A stretch of 32,000 nt of DNA, from NCBI RefSeq assembly GCF_003065365.1, contig NZ_CP023276.1, positions 897,231 to 929,230 on the forward strand. The letters are read 5' to 3'. Positions 7,946 to 15,780 of this stretch are shown one piece after another; positions within the stretch are counted from its first letter, which is position 1, and each line of letters opens with the position of its first letter. The position numbers and the translations under genes are program-made. This DNA is from Polynucleobacter difficilis. Its GTDB lineage: Bacteria; Pseudomonadota; Gammaproteobacteria; Burkholderiales; Burkholderiaceae. The notes under the pieces are model-generated. The model worked only from the letters and a program-made list of their open reading frames with translations. It made no database searches and was not told the origin of the DNA.

Positions 7946-9186
7946 TTGTTTCCAATATTGCCGACGTTCACAATGGGATATACCGCTGATACCAAGATAT
8001 TGAGGAACTTTTGTAGCTCGACGGATGAGGCATTGGATACGTAGAGCACGTCTTTGTTTTTGATAGCAAAGTTTTGAGCTGTTAAGAATGCCGAGCCATC
8101 AGTGAGGTTCATACGGTAAATAACGGGCACTTTATTTTCTGCCGTTTTAATGCCGCTCTTCGCTTCTTCTGGTACTGCCTCGGGCTCTTCAAAGCGGAAG
8201 ATAAAGACACCTCTGGCATCAGCTCGGTTATCTTGTACGCCGCCTACCCTTGCCAAGGCCTGTACTAAGGAAATACCTTGAGCCTCAAAAGTGATTTCTT
8301 GATTTTGACCCGTTGCGCCTAAAGCAGTAAAGCTATAGGGCTGAAAGTAAGCCGTAATTACATCGCCCGAGGTGAGGGGGATATTTTGCTTGGGGTCTTT
8401 GATGACCGATTCCAGCGGCATGCTGTGTACTGCGCCGTTACGCGCCAACTGAATGGTGATTTTATTAATGGGTTGCTTAACGCCGCCTGAAGCGGCAATC
8501 GCATCAAGTAACTTTTCTTGTTTTGGTGAGAGCGGAATGAGCTGGCTGGTATTGACTTCGCCCACCACGGTCACTGCAGAGGTAGTGTTGCGTGTCATGC
8601 GCACCAAGACTTGGGGAAAGTTGGCCTTTCCTTTTAGTGCAGTGGTGATTTCAGTGCCTATAGCTTGCGTACTTTTACCAGCCACCTGAATGCTGCCCAC
8701 AAAGGGGATGGTGATGGTTCCATCAAGACTAACCATTTGCTCGGGCAGGGTAGTCGCTTTGGAGCTGGAGGCATTGACGATGGAGAGTGAAGCGCTCGAA
8801 GTGCTGCCAAAGAGCATGGCGGGTGAGGCTTCCCAGATATTGACTTCTAGTACATCACCGGGGCCCACCAGATTGCGATTGGCAGCCACTTTTTGAAAGA
8901 GGCTTGCAAACTCGCTGCGTTTTTGTGCTTGATTGACTTGCCTTAGGGTGCGTTCTGTAATGTCAATGAGCTGCACTGTTGGTGCTGTTGGATCCACTTC
9001 TAAACCAGAATTAGAGCTAGCCCCCACATCGCCCCGTATGGGGCCGGAGCCAGGAAGCCAAGTATTAAATAAGGCACATCCGCTTAAGGTTGATAGTAGC
9101 AAGACCCCCATAAGGACTTTGCTTACCTTGAGGGCTTGTTGGTCTGCTAGTGGGTGGTGATGGGGTAGCATGTGCATTTTTTGCAT
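7942..9186 (-). CDS. kpsD: Polysaccharide export protein KpsD/Wza family (Poly_export + SLBB), lipoprotein, 414 aa
   Basis: It has a lipobox (LLLSTLSGC), the motif GPGDVLEVNIWE characteristic of the Poly_export domain, and repeated SLBB-like segments. The ATG at 9186 overlaps the kpsT stop (TAATG). The TTG at 9195 used in the track is less likely. Confidence 0.85.
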   Translation of the reverse strand: MQKMHMLPHHHPLADQQALKVSKVLMGVLLLSTLSGCALFNTWLPGSGPIRGDVGASSNSGLEVDPTAPTVQLIDITERTLRQVNQAQKRSEFASLFQKVAANRNLVGPGDVLEVNIWEASPAMLFGSTSSASLSIVNASSSKATTLPEQMVSLDGTITIPFVGSIQVAGKSTQAIGTEITTALKGKANFPQVLVRMTRNTTSAVTVVGEVNTSQLIPLSPKQEKLLDAIAASGGVKQPINKITIQLARNGAVHSMPLESVIKDPKQNIPLTSGDVITAYFQPYSFTALGATGQNQEITFEAQGISLVQALARVGGVQDNRADARGVFIFRFEEPEAVPEEAKSGIKTAENKVPVIYRMNLTDGSAFLTAQNFAIKNKDVLYVSNASSVELQKFLNILVSAVYPIVNVGNIGNK

Positions 9187-9833
9187 TAGTGGCAATTGCC
9201 ATAAAATTGATAGGCGGCATTCATGGATGTAAACGGGTTAAGTCGCCCTTGATCTAAGACATAGGCCTGATCGCAAAATTCTTTAATGCTGGCCTGCGAA
9301 TGCGAGACCATCACAATGGCTTTGTCTTTGCGTTGATCGAGCGCATCCCTGCAGCGCTGCGTAAACCGAGAATCGCCTGCCGATAAACCCTCGTCAATCA
9401 GTAAGCAATCAAAGTCAAATGCCATTGATAAAGCAAAAGCCAAACGGCCGCGCATACCGGCTGAATAGGTTTTCACGGGTTCCAGTAAAAAAGCGCCTAA
9501 TTCAGTAAAGTCGCTGACGTATTCTTTTACCTCGCTGGGGTTAACACCGTAGATGCGGGATAAAAAATAAATGTTGTCTAAGCCCGTAAGGCTACCTTGC
9601 ATGCCGCCAGCATAGCCAAGAGGCCAGGAGATTGACATATTCGATTGAATCTCGCCAGAGTCGGGTTTTTCTAGGCCGCCAATCAGGCGAATGAGTGTGG
9701 ACTTGCCGGCGCCATTACGACCCAGAATGGCCACTTTTTGACCTGGAGTCACCGTCAAATCAATTCCCTTTAAAACAGGGAACATCCGGCCGTGCAGCGG
9801 ATAGGATTTGGCGACGTGATGGAGGGTGAGCAT
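9186..9833 (-). CDS. kpsT: Capsule ABC transporter ATP-binding protein KpsT, 215 aa
   Basis: Walker A is GRNGAGKST, the ABC signature is [12 protein letters not shown] and Walker B is [11 protein letters not shown]. The short size is typical of KpsT/CtrD. Confidence 0.9.
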   Translation of the reverse strand: MLTLHHVAKSYPLHGRMFPVLKGIDLTVTPGQKVAILGRNGAGKSTLIRLIGGLEKPDSGEIQSNMSISWPLGYAGGMQGSLTGLDNIYFLSRIYGVNPSEVKEYVSDFTELGAFLLEPVKTYSAGMRGRLAFALSMAFDFDCLLIDEGLSAGDSRFTQRCRDALDQRKDKAIVMVSHSQASIKEFCDQAYVLDQGRLNPFTSMNAAYQFYGNCH

Positions 9834-9888
9834 GTGTTTTTTTGAGCGTATGGTTGAGCTTGAATTTTTCTTATTCGTGTTCTTATTT

Positions 9889-10716
9889 TTAGTCGGCCGT
9901 AATGATTTTTTTCACGCGCTGCAGAAGCAGTAGGGCGGCGCCGGATAAAAAAATATTGCAGGTGACCAAATACGAGATGGAGTATTTGGCATTAATGCCA
10001 ACACCAAAATACCCTTCGCGCAGCATCTCAACTGCATTGACCATGGGTGAGTACAGCAAAATGGTTTGCGCGGCTTCGGGCAGCCAACTCACCATCGTAA
10101 AAGCTCCGGTAAAGGGGAGAGTAAGGTACATGGCGACGTGCCAGACGCGCTCGAAGATCTCGGAGCGCTCATCCAGGTAGACTGCAAGCAGGCCCGCCGC
10201 AATCACAAACCAGCCTAGTAAAACCCAGCCCAGCACTACCTGCAGCGGGTCGACGGGCAAGCTCATAAGCCCAAGCTCTGTAAATAGAATTGAGAGGGTT
10301 ACAAAGGAAACGGAGACGGCTACCCACTCAAGCAAGGCCCTACTAATGGCAATATCAAAAATAGTCACCATGCGGTGGTAAAGCAGCGCTTTATTGGCCT
10401 GAATGCTCGAAGAGGTCCTGCCAACGCTATTGCGCCAAGCCACAATGGCTGAGTAGCCCGTGAGTGCAAAACCCGCTACCGGAATAGTACCTTTAGCGTG
10501 ACCACCCATATAGGTCCATAAAATCGTGATGCCAATCGAGAACATCATGGGCTCGACAAACATCCATAAAAAGCCAATGTTATGCCGACCAAAGCGGGTA
10601 ATCATTTCGCGCAAGATCAGTGCTTTAATTACTCGCACTTGTACTGTTGCCGCATGCAAGAAATCCGCTTGGGTAAATGGCTTACGCTGTGGTGTAGGGG
10701 TAATTAGCTCAGGCAT
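9889..10716 (-). CDS. kpsM: Capsule ABC-2 transporter permease KpsM, 275 aa
   Basis: It is a multi-pass hydrophobic protein with the ABC-2 N-terminal pattern ([24 protein letters not shown]). It sits between kpsE and kpsT. Confidence 0.85.
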   Translation of the reverse strand: MPELITPTPQRKPFTQADFLHAATVQVRVIKALILREMITRFGRHNIGFLWMFVEPMMFSIGITILWTYMGGHAKGTIPVAGFALTGYSAIVAWRNSVGRTSSSIQANKALLYHRMVTIFDIAISRALLEWVAVSVSFVTLSILFTELGLMSLPVDPLQVVLGWVLLGWFVIAAGLLAVYLDERSEIFERVWHVAMYLTLPFTGAFTMVSWLPEAAQTILLYSPMVNAVEMLREGYFGVGINAKYSISYLVTCNIFLSGAALLLLQRVKKIITAD

Positions 10717-11680
10717 GGTGTCGGTGCTCTTTTACGCCCGCAATAATCATCGAGGCAATGCCCCACAACACCAAACCCAATACAAAAGTAGTGATAATTC
10801 CTCGAATGCGTTTTGGCTCCAACGCTTGATCAGGTTTGCTAGGCTCGGCTACGCGCTCTAGATACAGTTGTTTTTTGATCGCCTCAATTCTGGCTTGTTC
10901 TAGGGAGGCAAACGCAGCAGCTAAATTGCGATCAGCAAAGTCTTTTTCACTGCCGAGTTGCTGAAAGACGGCGACTTGTTGCTCGGATGGGCCACTTTGC
11001 TTCTGGTTTCTGAATTTATAGATTTTGAGATTGATGTTCTCCACTTTGTTTCTAGCCAGCTCCACTTCTTTTTGCGCAAATTCCAGCATGTCTTGCCGTG
11101 CGCGCAGATTAAGGCGATTAATTAGTGCTTCACTTAATTCATTGAGTTGTTGATTCACGACATATGCGAGCTTCGGATCAAATGCACGCACGCTGAGAGT
11201 GGTGATGCCGGAGCTGGTATCGTGAGCAATGCCGACCACGTTGCTGAGATAGTATTCGTAAAAGCGCTCTAAGCTGGTATCCCAAAAACGAATTCCGGCA
11301 AAGCGATGTAGGCGGTCAATGCTGCTCTCGGAATACGCTGCTTTGAGATTCAGTTTGTCATTAAGAACCCCCAGCGCATCGCGTGACTGAATGTAGTTTT
11401 CTGCGGTAAAGGAGTCGTTTTCAGAATTGTTAAGCCCCATTTTGCCAATTACCCCTGAAAAACCACCGCTCATGCTGGCTATCGAGTCTTTGCTGGGCGA
11501 ACGTACGATAAAACGGGATTCTGACAAATAGATATTAGAAGCTATAAAGGTGAAATAAATGCTTGCAATAAATGTAGGCGCAATAACCAAGCAAAGAAAC
11601 AATGTATTTTGACGAATCCATTGCAAACTTTTAGTCCCTATTGTTAGCTGAATATTGGCGTGATGAATTTTTGATCTCAC
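10709..11680 (-). CDS. kpsE: Capsule export inner-membrane adaptor KpsE (PCP-3 family), 323 aa, GTG start
   Basis: There is an N-terminal transmembrane segment followed by YLSESRFIVRSP, a long coiled-coil region and a C-terminal transmembrane segment. It overlaps kpsM by 8 nt. Confidence 0.8.
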   Translation of the reverse strand: MRSKIHHANIQLTIGTKSLQWIRQNTLFLCLVIAPTFIASIYFTFIASNIYLSESRFIVRSPSKDSIASMSGGFSGVIGKMGLNNSENDSFTAENYIQSRDALGVLNDKLNLKAAYSESSIDRLHRFAGIRFWDTSLERFYEYYLSNVVGIAHDTSSGITTLSVRAFDPKLAYVVNQQLNELSEALINRLNLRARQDMLEFAQKEVELARNKVENINLKIYKFRNQKQSGPSEQQVAVFQQLGSEKDFADRNLAAAFASLEQARIEAIKKQLYLERVAEPSKPDQALEPKRIRGIITTFVLGLVLWGIASMIIAGVKEHRHHA

Positions 11681-12101
11681 AGTGCATTACTTCTTTTTCG
11701 GGGGGGGGGGAGTTTTTGTACAGCTCTGCTATTTCTAAGATTGTTTGTTGCGCGTTTGAATTGAGTTGATCAAATAAATGCAAAAGTTTTGTTGAGTCTG
11801 AGGACCCGCTACTATTATTCTTTGGAGATACTGATGGAGTATTAGATGTATTGCTGTAATGTGGTCCATCAAGTACATCGACATTTAAATTGAGCCATAC
11901 AACTAAAGTGCGCATTCTGGCGGCATGGGGCATATTGACGCCCAGCAGCCATTTGCGAATTGTCTCGACAGAGACTGGCTCTAACTCGCGTGAAATGAGG
12001 GTAAAGTCCCTCGCGATTTTTGCGCAACTTGGCACTTTTCCGTAATGGGCTATCAAGGAACGCCTGAATTCTTTTGCAAATGCGTTTTTAAGTTCAACCA
12101 C
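11631..12101 (-). CDS. Putative HTH (XRE-like) DNA-binding protein, first gene of the kps transcription unit, 156 aa, GTG start
   Basis: The N-terminus reads SCAKIARDFTLISRELEPVSVETIRKWLLGVNMPHAARMRTLVVWLNLNV, a helix-turn-helix pattern. It is followed by a Ser/Asn-rich linker. The C-terminal tail depends on the length of the C11 tract. Confidence 0.5.
   Translation of the reverse strand: MVELKNAFAKEFRRSLIAHYGKVPSCAKIARDFTLISRELEPVSVETIRKWLLGVNMPHAARMRTLVVWLNLNVDVLDGPHYSNTSNTPSVSPKNNSSGSSDSTKLLHLFDQLNSNAQQTILEIAELYKNSPPPEKEVMHCEIKNSSRQYSANNRD
11700..11710. repeat. Homopolymer G11 (C11 on the coding strand) at the 3' end of the HTH gene, 20 nt upstream of the kpsE start
   Basis: Read directly: ttctttttcGGGGGGGGGGGagttt. 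The coding strand reads AAC TCC CCC CCC CCC GAA, encoding NSPPPE. Confidence 0.9.
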
Positions 12102-12317
12102 GTTGATAAGATTTCATAAAACTTTCAGATAATAACTACAAAATTTACAATAAAAATACGAACTAGATTGCAACTTTAATTGCAATGATTGGCATCAATA
12201 CTTTGAAATAACAGTTTTTCCAACATAAATTGCTTTTAGTGAAAGAGCATAGTTGCGCGCATAGCCAATTACTAATATTGCATAGGGGGAAACCCTTGGA
12301 GGATAGCGATTTTTTCT

Positions 12318-12485
12318 CTAACTAACTTTTGCCAACTCAATTTCCCCAGCTTGAATCTTTTGCCTTGCTCGTTCCGCTTTAACTGCTGCTTGTGCTCGTT
12401 TGGCCTGATCTTTCAGAGCTTTGATTCGTGCCTGTGCTGGGCTTAATGGTTTGGATGAGGATGATTGGAATTCATAAAATCGCAT
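12318..12485 (-). CDS. Small basic coiled-coil protein, 55 aa (below the track threshold)
   Basis: My translation is MRFYEFQSSSSKPLSPAQARIKALKDQAKRAQAAVKAERARQKIQAGEIELAKVS. It lies 29 nt downstream of the DUF6876-like gene on the same strand. Confidence 0.3.
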   Translation of the reverse strand: MRFYEFQSSSSKPLSPAQARIKALKDQAKRAQAAVKAERARQKIQAGEIELAKVS

Positions 12486-12514
12486 ACTGGTATTTAGCTT
12501 CTGGCTTTTAGTTA

Positions 12515-12880
12515 CTAATACTCAGTAGGTAGCATTAAGATCCAGCGTTCACTATCCCAACAGGCGTAGAGTGCTATTGAATCGAGTGGAAAGGTCGTAT
12601 AGGCAATGTTCTGCGTGGCTAGTACGTTGCCATTGCCATCATCGAGTAATAGCTCAGCTTTACCGTTATAGACAGTTAACTTGCAACTGACAAATACTTC
12701 GTTTTTAGGTAAGTGCAGAATATGACTGGTAATCGCATCCATCAGCCAGTAGCAGGCCGCTTCTTGTGCTAGAAACTGGGCACCATCCGTTAGAAAGACT
12801 TTAGGCCATAGAGGGTAGTAGTACTGCGTTCCATAAAATTGCTCCAAATGATTCAAAAGCTGGGTTTTAGATAGATTCAT
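12515..12880 (-). CDS. DUF6876-like protein of plasmids/ICEs, 121 aa
   Basis: FYGTQYYYPL..FLTDGAQFLAQEAACYWLMDAITSH and the terminal ILMLPTEY match my memory of the DUF6876 pattern (F.GTE.YY.H..., TDGV.YLAE.AGAYWL.DAI, ...LLLPSEY). This is unverified without an HMM search. Confidence 0.55.
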   Translation of the reverse strand: MNLSKTQLLNHLEQFYGTQYYYPLWPKVFLTDGAQFLAQEAACYWLMDAITSHILHLPKNEVFVSCKLTVYNGKAELLLDDGNGNVLATQNIAYTTFPLDSIALYACWDSERWILMLPTEY

Positions 12881-12898
12881 TTTTGCTATGCCTCATAG

Positions 12899-13429
12899 TC
12901 ATTTATTTATGAATTGGGTTTGCGCAATGGAATCAGTCAAAACCTTGCTCTTTTGACTCGTTTTCGGGATTTTCAATTCAAAGCGGCTGCGCAGCTGTAG
13001 GCTGGCTGCCTCTATTGCTTCATCAAATGTACCCATGTCAGCTTCGCGCTTTAAGAGTTCTAGTACTTCAATTACATTCTCTAAATTAGTAGCCTCTACA
13101 GCAGTTTTGCCATTAGCCAGCTCTAAAACCTTGCTGCCGTAAAACACATTGATACACAGTGCTCCCGTGCTGCTGATAAACCACCAGGGTTTGATGCGCT
13201 TGGGCTTTTCAACGCTCTTGATATTGCCCTCTAGATCTTTAACGTTTTTGTAGCGCTTTACGACAAAGTCTTTGCCGTTATGTTTTGCTTTGGCTAATTC
13301 CAGCTGCTCCCATAATTTGCTAATCAGCTTGTTTCTACGCTGCACTATAGGGGGTTGGTTTTTAGGCCGTTTTGCATCGGTCAATTTAAGGGTATTTAGG
13401 TTCTCTAGCGTTGCCATCGTGCTCTCCAT
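12899..13429 (-). CDS. Hypothetical protein of mobile elements, 176 aa
   Basis: It is a clean ORF. A GGAGAG RBS precedes the second ATG at 13417. The protein is Lys-rich (..RRNKLISKLWEQLELAKAKHNGK..KPKRIKPWWF..). I can name no domain with confidence. Confidence 0.5.
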   Translation of the reverse strand: MESTMATLENLNTLKLTDAKRPKNQPPIVQRRNKLISKLWEQLELAKAKHNGKDFVVKRYKNVKDLEGNIKSVEKPKRIKPWWFISSTGALCINVFYGSKVLELANGKTAVEATNLENVIEVLELLKREADMGTFDEAIEAASLQLRSRFELKIPKTSQKSKVLTDSIAQTQFINK

Positions 13430-13815
13430 CAGTTGCGTTAAAAATGCCTGGACAACACAACAATATGATCAGAAAACCCCTTTGGACAACCGAAAAAAGG
13501 CCATTATTGAGCTCTTTTTAGGCCTTAGAACATATATGTACTTTTTTTACCGATCTTTATGTTCAAGCTAAATAAATTCATAGAAACAAGTAAAACAGTA
13601 AGGCTTAAAGGTTGGCACGCCGAAGGTAATAGTGCTGCGAAACCCGTTCTGATGTGTGACGGTACGCAATTCAGATTTCTTACTATCTGGCCTCATTGCA
13701 CTACCCAAGACCCTGGCTGTTTTGGATGCTTTAAACGACGCCCCTGTGTGGCAGTACCGTTTGCGATGTTGTATGAGTTGGTAGCGTAGAAATACGTGAA
13801 TGTAGGCTAAATTGT

Positions 13816-13834
13816 CGAATTAATGATTAATTCG
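13816..13834. repeat. Perfect 19-bp palindrome CGAATTAAT-G-ATTAATTCG in the 760-bp non-coding stretch
   Basis: Read directly. It has 9-bp arms and a 1-nt centre. Confidence 0.8.
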
Positions 13835-14189
13835 TCTAGGCTGAAAGTGAGTGGGAGCGCCAATGAAATAAACCCACAAGCTAGTTTGCAAGGGTTCCTG
13901 ATATAGACCGCAAATTAGCTGCGTATGACGGCACGTAATAGGTGATAGCAATACCTACCTATCTTGCTTCTTGCAAGTTGTGTGTATATCAGTTGAAAAC
14001 CTCAGTGAAAGAGGCTTGCATGAGTTGAGCCCTTTATCAGGGCTTGGCTTGTGCTTCCTAGTGAAAGATCTTGAAATTCAATATTTCAAATCATAATTTT
14101 AAAAAACATTTAAAAGAAGAAAAATGCGATGAGCGGAAGCGAAGAGCAGGCTAACGCAGTTAGCTTTAAAACACATCAATCAAAAGAGC

Positions 14190-14867
14190 TTAAGTAGATT
14201 GCTGCTCTAAAAAACCACGCCAACAATAGCTACCATATGATTTTTCATTTTCCTTGGTTCTCTTTTGATCAATACAGTCTTTAAGTAGAATTTTTGAATA
14301 AAACCATTTTTTCCCATTCCAATATGCATAGCCACTATGCTTAGGTGATTGGTAATCCATATCGGATATTTCATAGATACCAGTTCTTAATGGATTTATA
14401 TCACTTGGGAACCAAATAGTTTTTTTGCTGTATTCGTATTTCTTTTTTGTTTCCGTATCTTCTTCAAGATAGGTGTGCATTTTGTAGTACTCAATATCCC
14501 TGAGTTCAATAATGCCCTCGGCTGCGTCGTCCGTGTTCCATGTCCCTGAGAACATACAGTATGCAATCGTATTTCTAAAGTCTTGAATGAATTGTTCTTT
14601 TTCATCTGAATCAACAAATTCAAATAGAGAGCTAACACTGGGTATAGAAAAGTAATCATCCGCATCGCCATCTTCAGAAAATTCCTCACCGTTCTCGTAG
14701 GCAGAATATTTTCTCGCCGCTGTTGGATACAGTTCGGCCATGATCGAGTCGAGATTTTGATGAATTTCTTCATGAATTAATCCAAAACCTTCAAGCTGAT
14801 TAAGAAGGCTATAAAGCAGCTCAATATTTTTATTTGGGCTATTTGTATATCGTGGGTGCTGTGGCAT
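14190..14867 (-). CDS. Highly acidic hypothetical protein, 225 aa
   Basis: An ATG with a GGAGAG-type RBS (ctctcct at 14871-14877). The N-terminal two thirds are rich in Asp/Glu (EEFSEDGDADDYF..EFVDSDEKEQF..). The C-terminus is Trp/Tyr-rich (YAYWNGKKWFYS..SYCWRGF). Confidence 0.6.
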   Translation of the reverse strand: MPQHPRYTNSPNKNIELLYSLLNQLEGFGLIHEEIHQNLDSIMAELYPTAARKYSAYENGEEFSEDGDADDYFSIPSVSSLFEFVDSDEKEQFIQDFRNTIAYCMFSGTWNTDDAAEGIIELRDIEYYKMHTYLEEDTETKKKYEYSKKTIWFPSDINPLRTGIYEISDMDYQSPKHSGYAYWNGKKWFYSKILLKDCIDQKRTKENEKSYGSYCWRGFLEQQST

Positions 14868-14983
14868 TTTCTCTCCTAATCTAGCTTTTTATTTCGCCAT
14901 AATATGCAAATACTACATCAGCTGATAATCTGATAATTAACTGATTTTCTAAGACTAAATTCCTAGTGTCTATTTATTATTTC

Positions 14984-15148
14984 GTGGCAGAAATGCCACA
15001 AATTGCCATCAAATTCCATTGTTTTAGCACTCAACACTTTTTTCACATTTGATGTTGAGTGCTTGTAACCACTTGAAAATCATACGGTAAATTTTCAGCC
15101 AAATTCACTTGTAAAACCCATCAATCTGAGTGTATTTGTGGCCATTTC
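14984..15148. repeat. Inverted-repeat set upstream of the small recombinase
   Basis: All read directly. GCCACAAAT (14995-15003) and ATTTGTGGC (15134-15142) form a perfect 9-bp inverted repeat. It extends to GAAATGCCACAAAT versus ATTTGTGGCCATTTC (14 of 15, one 1-nt indel). There is also a local palindrome GTGGCA-gaaa-TGCCAC at 14984-14999. Confidence 0.75.
15026..15063. repeat. Perfect 11-bp inverted repeat AGCACTCAACA-N16-TGTTGAGTGCT, nested between the outer inverted repeats
   Basis: Read directly. No flanking T-run on either strand, so it is not an obvious terminator. Confidence 0.8.
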
Positions 15149-15213
15149 CGGTAGGAATATGGCAGTTTTGAATACAAAATATAAGTACATAGATGGCAAA
15201 ACAAGGAGGGACC

Positions 15214-15780
15214 ATGGCACAAGCAAAAACATTAAGTGATCAAGAGCTGCAAAGGGCTTTAGATTACACAGCAACTACTAAAGCAGCAGTACGTAATCGC
15301 GCAATACTGCTGTTAACGCACTGGGCGGGTATGCGTATAGGAGAAGTAGCGAGTGTGCGCTACAGCGACGTTTTAAGCAGCGACAACCAGGTTTTAAGTG
15401 AGATCCGCTTGGCAGCCAATCAAACTAAGGGCTCTAAAAGTAGGGTGGTACTCTTATCGGAGCGTATGCAACAGGAGCTTGCCATCTATATCGCAGCTTA
15501 TCCACCTAAGGATATGAATCGTCCACTCTTTCCCACACAAAGGGCTTTGGGATTTACTCCTAATACTCTTACTCACGTAATTAACGGCTTATACCGTCAA
15601 GCAGGGCTTAATGGCGCTACTAGTCATAGTGGCCGTCGTGGCTTTTTGACACGATTAAGTGAGAAAGGGGTTTCAGTTAGGGTAATGATGCAGTTAGCAG
15701 GCCATAGTCAAATGTCTACAACACAGCGTTATATTGATACAAGGCCGGATATCCTGCGTAATGCAGTAGAGCTAATTTAG
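15214..15780 (+). CDS. Small tyrosine recombinase (catalytic domain only, FimB/FimE-like size), 188 aa
   Basis: AAGGAGG lies 5 nt upstream of the ATG at 15214. Catalytic residues are in order: AGMRIGE (Arg), HSGRRGF (His-x-x-Arg), LAGHSQMSTTQRY (His ... Tyr). There is no N-terminal core-binding domain. Confidence 0.8.
   Translation: MAQAKTLSDQELQRALDYTATTKAAVRNRAILLLTHWAGMRIGEVASVRYSDVLSSDNQVLSEIRLAANQTKGSKSRVVLLSERMQQELAIYIAAYPPKDMNRPLFPTQRALGFTPNTLTHVINGLYRQAGLNGATSHSGRRGFLTRLSEKGVSVRVMMQLAGHSQMSTTQRYIDTRPDILRNAVELI

Noticed and set aside
8453-9160. Three consecutive plus-strand ORFs in the same frame, antisense to kpsD
   Set aside because: They share one antisense frame interrupted by only two stops. 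That is the expected codon-complement artefact of a well-supported gene (kpsD motifs, lipobox). There are no start or SD signals.
13559-13789. 76-aa Cys-rich ORF on the plus strand in the island gap
   Set aside because: There is no SD and the opposite strand is equally open. Not called as a CDS. It is kept only as part of the non-coding-region finding, as a possible pseudogene or RNA.
14396-14773. 125-aa ORF in another frame of the same strand inside the acidic 225-aa gene
   Set aside because: GAA/GAT-rich coding sequence suppresses stops in the shifted frame. The product is basic and low-complexity with no SD. The 225-aa frame has a clear SD and protein-like sequence.
14984-15010. Possible sigma-54 promoter, because of the TGGCA/TGCCAC motifs
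   Set aside because: On both strands the GG-to-GC spacing does not fit the TGGCAC-N5-TTGC geometry. The GC element falls about 3 nt too close or is absent.
12102-15200. attR: a direct repeat of the tRNA-Asn 3' end marking the far end of the island
   Set aside because: I scanned the intergenic regions 12102-12514, 13430-14189 and 14868-15192 by eye for 10-mers from 20380-20470. Only 7-nt chance matches turned up (for example TACTAAT). A computational repeat search is still needed.
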